Positions 56,283 to 64,000 of a stretch of 64,000 nt of DNA are shown here, in pieces (within the stretch, counting starts at the first letter, position 1; every line of letters begins with the position of its first letter). Under the pieces are notes generated by a model. It had not been told where the DNA came from and searched no databases. It saw nothing but the letters and a program-made list of their open reading frames with translations. This DNA comes from Octopus sinensis. Taxonomy: Eukaryota. The translations under genes and the position numbers were made by a program. The stretch is taken from positions 77,810,001-77,874,000 of the forward strand of contig NC_042998.1 in the NCBI RefSeq assembly GCF_006345805.1, written 5' to 3'.

Positions 56283-57440
56283 ATACAAAAGCACCACAAT
56301 CGGACTGGCCAAATACCTTGATGCTAAAACTTGTTAAAAACATGAAAGACCGAAAAAACTTCACTCTATTCTGAAAGAGAGCAACAAATCAATTCGCTAC
56401 TGATCTCTTAGATACCTACCAAATTTATCATGTTGAAGGAAATGCGCCAACTGCTGCTGCAAAGATAATAAAATTAATCGCAAAGGCAAAAGTACATGAA
56501 AAATTAGCTAGCAGATGGGAATAGAAACCTCTGCATAGCAAGTATATGGCCCGTGGCAAACAAGCTGATGTCGACCAGAAACAAGCACACCAATGGTTAC
56601 GAAGCTCAGGGCTAAAAGCAGAGTGAAGGTTTCATATTGGCTGCTCAAGACCAAAGCTTATTAACCCGGAACTACCAAGCCAATGTGATAAACAATGGAG
56701 CTGACCCAAAATGCCGATTCTGTAATGATGAGATTGAAATTGTTGACCACCTAATCTCAGGGTGTAGAGTCTTAGCACCTGTAGAATATAAAGTAAGACA
56801 TGAGAGAGTCGGCCAATATTTTCACTGGACAAAATGTCGGCATTATAAAATCAAAACTGCTAACAAATGATATAAACACCATCCTCGAGCTGTGACTGAG
56901 GGAAAAAATGTATCGACTCCAAGGACTTCCCCGTACATACCGACAAAACTATAAAAGCTAATAAACCGGATATTATTATAAAAGATCAGACAAAAAAGGT
57001 GCATTTATTAATTGACATGAGTATTCCTTGCGATCACAATATAGCGGCGAAGAAATTTGACAAGATTAGCGAAGACTTGTTAATTGAAATTGAAAAAATG
57101 TGGCATTTCAAGTGTCTACAGTACCAGTGATCGTAGGATCTCTAGGAATGATAAAAAAAAAAGATACTGAAACCTATTTTAAAATGATACCAGGCTTACC
57201 ATCCCTACAGGAAGCGCAAAAAATCGTGTTAATTGGAATGGCTCACGTATTGAGAAGAGCATTATCGCTCTGAAAACAACATCCATTCATGAATTTAATC
57301 TATTTATTAATGCTTTTAAATACATAATTTACCTGTGAATTTGTGTGTGTAATCTGAGCGTGCATACAATGAGCTTCTCTGGCCTAGGTTTACGGAAAAC
57401 ACCCGGCGAGAAACGGAAGACATTTTGCAGAAAGAAAGAA
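56283..57440 (+). mobile_element. Dong/R4 3' fragment (CCHC + RLE + 3' UTR), decayed
   Basis: YKSTTIGLAKYL, AAQDQSL, CRFC…DHLISGC, RHERVG, NKPDIII. Confidence 0.88.
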
Positions 57441-57504
57441 AAATATTACTTCTACTACTACTACTACTACTACTATTACTACCACCACCACCACCACCAC
57501 CACC

Positions 57505-59005
57505 ACCAAAAAAAAAGATCAAGAAAACACATAGATTCTCACCAAGAGAACTACTTTCAGTGAAAGAAGGACTACAACAAAATGTCCAAGCAAAAGCTAA
57601 AAGAATGCGAATATCTGAGAAGAGAAACAAATTTTACAAGTAAAAGAATCTGTTCTTATCCATTGCTAAAACATTCTACAGAGAAATAGGGAAGGAGAAA
57701 ATAACCATTCAAGATTCCCCTGCGCTGGAATAAGTTGAAAACTTTTGGAAAAATATCTAGAGTAACGAAAAGACTTACAATGAAAATGTAAACTGTATTA
57801 GACGCACAGTAGGATCCTACCAAAACTTATCAGAACAAGCATGACAAGACATCACAATAGCAGACCGAATGATGACACTCAAGAAAGCTCATAAGTGAAT
57901 ATCCCTTGGTAATGATAGGGTGCCAAAGCTCTGGATCGCCTCAGTCCCATGCACACACGAAACGTTAGTCAAGTTATTAAATGAAATTATGAGGAATTCT
58001 ACGAAAATACCTGATTGGTTTGCAAGAATATCCCCAGAACTATCGTCCCGTAACATGCCTATCTACCGCGTATAAAATTTTAACATCCATCCCCGTAGAA
58101 GAAACATGCAAATTATGGAACAGGACGATATTTTCCACATTGAACAAAAAGGGTGCCGAAGAGGCTCATAAGGATGCAAAGATCAACTTTTAATCAATCG
58201 CATGATCCTTGAGAACTGTCATAATAAATGCTGAAATCTCAGTTCTGCATGGATTGATTTTAAAAAAGCCTTCGACAGCATACCACATTCATGCATTTTG
58301 AAATCGCTGGATATCTTCAAAATTTCTCCAGTGATTTCAAACTTACTAAGGCAAAACATGTCAATGTAGAATATGAATCTCCAGTTATACCACTGTAATA
58401 GAGTAATGACCACAAAAAAATATTAATATCAACTGCCGCATTTTCCAAGGTGACTCACTTTCACCTCTAATTTTTTGCATAGCCCTACAAGTTAACTTAA
58501 CAGATATTGTAGTGAAAGACCAAAACAATAAAATGTGTTTATTGATTAACATGAGCATACCTTGTGACCATGATATCTCGGCAAAAGAATTTGATAAGAT
58601 AAGAAAATATAAAGATTTGTTAATTGAAATCGAGAAGATGTGGCACCCCAAGACGGTTCCAATACCAGTGACTGTAGGAACACTTGGAATGATCAAAAAA
58701 GGAACTGAATTTTTTTTAAGAATGATCCCTGGCTTACCATCCATGCAGGAAGTGCACAAGATTGTCTTAACTGGTACGTCACACGTATTGAGAAGAGCAT
58801 TTCCTTTTTCTCTATTTTATTTGTTTACGTTTTTTACTGTTCATTTTCTTTCTTTTTTTCGCAGTCATTTCCAATATCATATTACGTTGTAAAAGAACAA
58901 TACGGTGTGTTTATTTTAATGGCCTACCAATGTATAAAGTACGTTTGTTTGCCTTGGGTGTCAGAGAGATACTCGGCAAGAATTAGAAACAGAACTGAAA
59001 GAAGA
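57505..59005 (+). mobile_element. Dong/R4 copy with RT N-terminal half fused to RLE end (internal deletion)
   Basis: NYRPVTCL, EQKGCR, KDQLLIN, WIDFKKAFDSIPH, IFQGDSLSPLIFCIAL, then directly DIVVKD…LINMSIP…KYKDL…VLRRA. Confidence 0.88.
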
Positions 59006-59938
59006 TGCTAGTGAGATTAGCTAACCTTCTTGCAACTTCTTTCTAGCTCATATCCATCACAAGGTCCAATCTGAACACGACTCCAAAAATGTCAAACGGC
59101 GAGACATGTCACTGTAGTGCAACATGGGCATCCCTCTCTAAATATTTAGCAATGAGCCCACCCTCTTGCTCCAATTGATATATTTGAGTGTATCCTTCCG
59201 TCAAACTGTAAGTGTAGTGCCAACCGCCAGTATATCCGAAGTAACCGATTCCTTGAGATCTACTCTGTTGAAAGATTTGGACTGTTAAAAATTGACAGGC
59301 GCCCTGCCATAACTAGACCTCTCCTCTTACGTGCTCTGAGATATATCGCATGTGATGGAGTTTTTTTGTGGATACATCTACAGAGGAGACATAACAGTCT
59401 GGAGCTTACTATCTCATCTTCAATCGACTGGGGATATCACTAATCTGTTGCCATTTGCATTATAATAATTTTTAAAATCCTTCAAAGTTATTTACAAGAT
59501 TTTAAAAAAATATATGGGACGCAACATATTCTAATGGCTTACGTTCAAAAGTTATATTTTATAGCCCGTACTTCACTGTAAACATTTAAGAAAATAAGGC
59601 ATAGTCCTGAGACATAAGGAAAGAAGAAAATAGTTTTCAATACACTGCAAACTAAATTATTAGTTTAATGTTCTTAGCAATTAATTTACTATTTTAATAT
59701 CCCGGTGGTGAAAGATGTCTTCACATAATTTATGAAAAATAAAGCGGACGGACAGTATGTGTTACTTTGAATAAGAGTGAGTGCGGACGTATGCATATAT
59801 CATGTGTCACACACATAGACATAAACACACACACTCACACATACATACATAAATAGACATATCCATGCATATATTCACGCATATATACATGTATACATAC
59901 ATACATACATATATACGCACACATATTTATATATATAT

Positions 59939-59982
<44 letters not shown>

Positions 59983-60239
59983 TTGCATGTATATTTATAA
60001 GTACATGCATGCGAGTATGTGCGCGAAGTGTATTCCAATCAATACGGTATTTGTGAATTCGCAAATAATTCTTTTACGAAGACTCAAGCACCGACACACA
60101 CAAACACACACACACATACATACAGATACACATACCCACACAAACGTACACACTCGTATGTACGTATACATATACACCTATAAATATATATATGTATATG
60201 TATATATGTATGTATATATATATATATATATTATATATA

Positions 60240-60337
<98 letters not shown>

Positions 60338-61329
60338 GAATTCAGACACAGAAAGAAATAGAAAGAGGGAGAGAGAGTGTGGAGAAACAGACCCAGAGAG
60401 AAAGCTTAGTAAAAACTAGAATGGTGTCTAGAAATATGTACATGCGTGTATCCGTCTGAATTGTTAGTTATGAGGTTGTCTGGGCGTTCGTTCAATGTGC
60501 GTAGAATTATACGTAATTATTTCGATTTGTATGTTTGTATATACCATGCTTGTGAGTGCGCGTCTGTGTGTGTGTGTGTGTGTGTGTGCGTGCGCGTGTG
60601 TGTGTTTGTGTGATCTTGATTATCACATAGCGTATCTCATATCACAAAAATAAAACTTTCATTAATATTTAGGTGTCAATCCAACCATCTTCATCAAATA
60701 AAATAAATAATTAAATAAATAGCAAAGAAGCATACAAAAAAAAGAAGACAATCTTTCCACTCCTTTAATAAACTCATTCAGATAAGAACCACTTCAAAGA
60801 AACTCCCAATTTCATTTAAGAAACTACTTTCCCTCTTCAGTGTAAACATTTTGACTCCATCATATTTGTTATGTATGTTTAGTTCTTTTGTTGATGTCGT
60901 TATTGTTGCTGTTATTCATGATTATTAGGAATTTGGTAGTCTTGTTGTTATTGGCGTTGTTGTTTATTTCTGTTATCTTTGGCATTGATATATTAGTTGT
61001 TTTGGTTGTTCCAGCCATTGCTGAATATCTTTATTTTTTCATCTACTACCCTTGCTTTTATTCTATTCATCTTCACCATCTTAAGGTGATGATTTTTTTA
61101 CTTGTCTTGTGAAATCTATTTTCAAAATGGTATTGCCGTTCATCGTTTATTTATTATATTACATTTTATGCCCTTCTGTCTAATAAAAAATAAATATCTT
61201 TATCACTTTCTTCCACACATTCATATTATTTTTAATAATAATAATGATGATGATCACGATGATTAGATAAATGTATTTTCTTATTAATATTATTGTTTTT
61301 GTTACTGTAGATGTTGTTGCCATTATTAA

Positions 61330-61712
61330 GTCAGTGAGCTGTCAAGAAATGCTTTACTATATCACGAGTAACTATTTACATTCTGAGTTCAAATACCGCT
61401 CAGTTCAACAGTGATTTTCATTCCTCTGAATAGGAAACAAAAAAGCAATTCATCTCAATCAAATACTGAGAGATATTGTATCAACAAATATCCTGATACT
61501 CTTCCCTTAAAACAGCTAGCCTTTTGCCCAAAATTTGAAGCTATTATTATTTATATTATTATGGCGGCGAGCTAGCAGAACAGTTAGCGTGCCGGACCAT
61601 ATGCCTAGCGGTATTTCGTCCGTCGCTACGTTCTTAGTTCAAATTCTGCCGAAGTCGACTATACCATTCATCCTCTCAAGGTCGATAAAATAAGTACCAG
61701 TTGAACACTGGT
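61330..61712 (+). mobile_element. two tandem SINE S1 copies (decayed 61330-61560; truncated 61563-61712)
   Basis: GGCGGCGAGCTAGCAGAACAGTTAGCG…GTTCAAATTC. Confidence 0.7.
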
Positions 61713-62789
61713 GTGTTTAAAGCTGATAATTGTGTAAAGAAAGAAAAACTTAAAGAGGAAAAAATAAACGCACAAAAAAAAAGAAACAGCGTGAAAGGAG
61801 AAAAATGTACTGTCAGTTTGCAAGAGATACGAACGTCAAGACAGATACAGAAGACATGAGGCTATGGAAGAAGAGGAGTGACGTGAGAAACACAAGCGCG
61901 TATATACTATGTTTATATGCTATGTTTTAATCAATGAAACAATCGCAATGAAATGATTTAAATGCTCAACTGAATATCTCTGCACCAGTGTATTATTATT
62001 ACTGTTATTATGATTATTATATTTTATTTATTGTTCTAGTTATTTGCATTTAAAGCAGAACAGGACAACGTTACAAGATTGTTGATTAAGTGAATATTTA
62101 ATGAGGCAAGCAAATACAAAATTGGTTGGCGTTTGGTAAATTTCTTTACAGTTCACAATGATTATGTCCATAAAACTGCAAGTTAATTATGCTTTGCTAG
62201 TTTTATTGCGTGTATTAATTATCATTTATAAAAAGCATTGAAGACTTTCAAATAAATTTTTGTTTATTTCTCCAAAGAAACCCTATACAATATTCCTGTC
62301 ATTGTTCCTGCAAATTGGTAGAATTATCAAAAGCTATGGATAAAACATCTTGTGGTATTTATTCTAATTCTTTAGCTTCTGAGTTCAAATTGCACCTACA
62401 TCATTTGTCACTGATTCATTCAAGGTCATTAAAACAAAATACCAGTCGTGTACTGGGGTTGAGAGTTAATCAACTAATCCTCTCATCACCACTATTCCAT
62501 CACAATTTGTGGCCTTCTACCTGGTTATTGTCAACAGCAATAATAATGGTGATGATGATGATGATGTATGCAAATTTTGACTATAGGCTAGAAATTGACG
62601 TGAAAATACAGAAGCGCTTATATGCGAAGCACAAGAAGAAACGTTAAGAACGATGTGACTTGCAGAATCAACAACGCTACCGACAGCGACAAATGCAAAC
62701 ACCCACCACCACCACCACCAACAAAAATTGCTGCCCTTGTCGCAAAATTTGAAACTATTGTTATTGCTATTATTATTTGATGAAAACTC

Positions 62790-63965
62790 TCAGCTTATTT
62801 TGCTGAGTATGTTGGAAATTGTCAGCTGTCACACACCAAGAAGACTAAGGGGATACTCGTTTACTGGTCATGCTTCAAGAACCTTGCAAAGAGTTTTTGC
62901 AGTTTCAAGCAATGCTGGGTTTTTTAGGTGTTCTACCTTTACGATTCTGTCAATCTTTTTGAGCAAAGCGAGTAGTTGAGTGCTGATACTTCTAAGTGAG
63001 CTAATTACTATTGCTGTCCCGTCCTTCTTCAAATCGCCATATTCGTTTATTTTTTATTCTCCTTTCTCTTTGATCCTTTCGTCACCGGGGCATACTACGT
63101 CGGTTATCATGCATATTCTTTCCATTTTCATTCGCCACAACAATGTCTAGTTTCCGATGCTTGGTCAGGTGATCGCACTAAATCATGGCAATTTTCATTC
63201 TCGGTGATTCGTTCTGGGGTTTGCTCATACCACTTCTTCATTCTTTGTAAGCCGTGATTTCCGTAAAGCTCCATACATTCTGCATTTGTCGCTGTCGGTA
63301 GTGTTGTTGATTCTGCACTTCACATTGTCCTTAACGTTTGTTCTTGTGCTTCGCATATAAGCGCTTCTGTATCTTCACGTCACTTCCATAGTCTCATGTC
63401 TTCTCTATGTGTCTTGACGTTCGTATCTCTTGCAAATTGACAGTACATTTTTCTCCTTTCATGCTGTTTTCCTCTTTAAGTTTTTTCTTTCTTTACACAA
63501 TTATTAGCTTTAAAGACGTCAAACTTCTTCACACGTTTCAACAATGGTTCCGCGGTATTTTTTACATACCTCTGTTCCGGTATAATCGTGGCAACTGATC
63601 AAACCTTCCCGACCGTTTTTTCTGGACAATTACAGCCTACCAGTGGAAAGCTCCGTGCACTGTCAATATTCATCTAATCCTTTCTTTTGCCAGTCTATGA
63701 TTCCAGCTCCATACCGAAGTGATACTTCTGATCATTTCCTTCTGCATGATTTCGTTGAACTCTAGAATGCCAAGGTATTTGTAGCCTTCTTTTTCAATTT
63801 ATTTAATTAGTTCTCTATTAGATAATTCTGTCCCTCTCAGGGACTGTATCTTGCCTCTTTTCTGGTACGTTATACCACACTTTTTGAGTCCGAATTCCAT
63901 CCTAATATCATCACTAAAACAGTGGGCCATATTCACCAAAAATTTGCCATACAGCTTCAAATCAT
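62790..63965 (-). mobile_element. old Dong/R4 element, heavily decayed
   Basis: Minus strand shows DLKLYG, MEFGLKKCG, GYKYLGILE near 63770-63965 and LQGS*SMT.KRVSLSLLGV near 62830-62900. Confidence 0.7.
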
Positions 63966-64000
63966 GTTGGTGTTATGCCTAGGGTGCCATATATTTGGTT

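Noticed and set aside
55625-56374. 249-aa ORF with long poly-Asp tract, resembling an acidic biomineralisation protein
   Set aside because: Chance in-frame join of a Dong RT fragment, a (GAT)n array and an out-of-frame second LINE fragment.

Overview
AT-rich, microsatellite-saturated eukaryotic DNA with no supportable host protein-coding exon. It is most likely an intergenic or intronic region of an octopus (cephalopod) genome; this is inferred from the SINE families and repeat landscape, not from a search. The window is a mosaic of mobile DNA: several tRNA-derived SINE families, many Dong/R4-type RLE-LINE fragments sitting in (TAA)n/(GAT)n arrays, CR1- and RTE-type LINE ends, a full-length decayed Tc1 (DD34E) transposon, mariner and piggyBac MITEs, and an ORF1-only (HAL1-like) retroposon with a CCHC knuckle inserted in a SINE head. 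The most interesting signal is a set of non-coding elements, mostly flanked by (TA)n and often fold-back (long inverted repeats). They carry about ten type I hammerhead ribozyme motifs, most with palindromic or near-palindromic helix III and several with enlarged helix II. Six copies also share a 3' structured module whose base pairing is conserved while the sequence is not. The best interpretation is Penelope-like (pseudo-LTR) or retrozyme-like self-cleaving retroelements. Almost all short ORFs in the track are microsatellite artefacts. All alignments and folds were done by eye, so boundaries are approximate.
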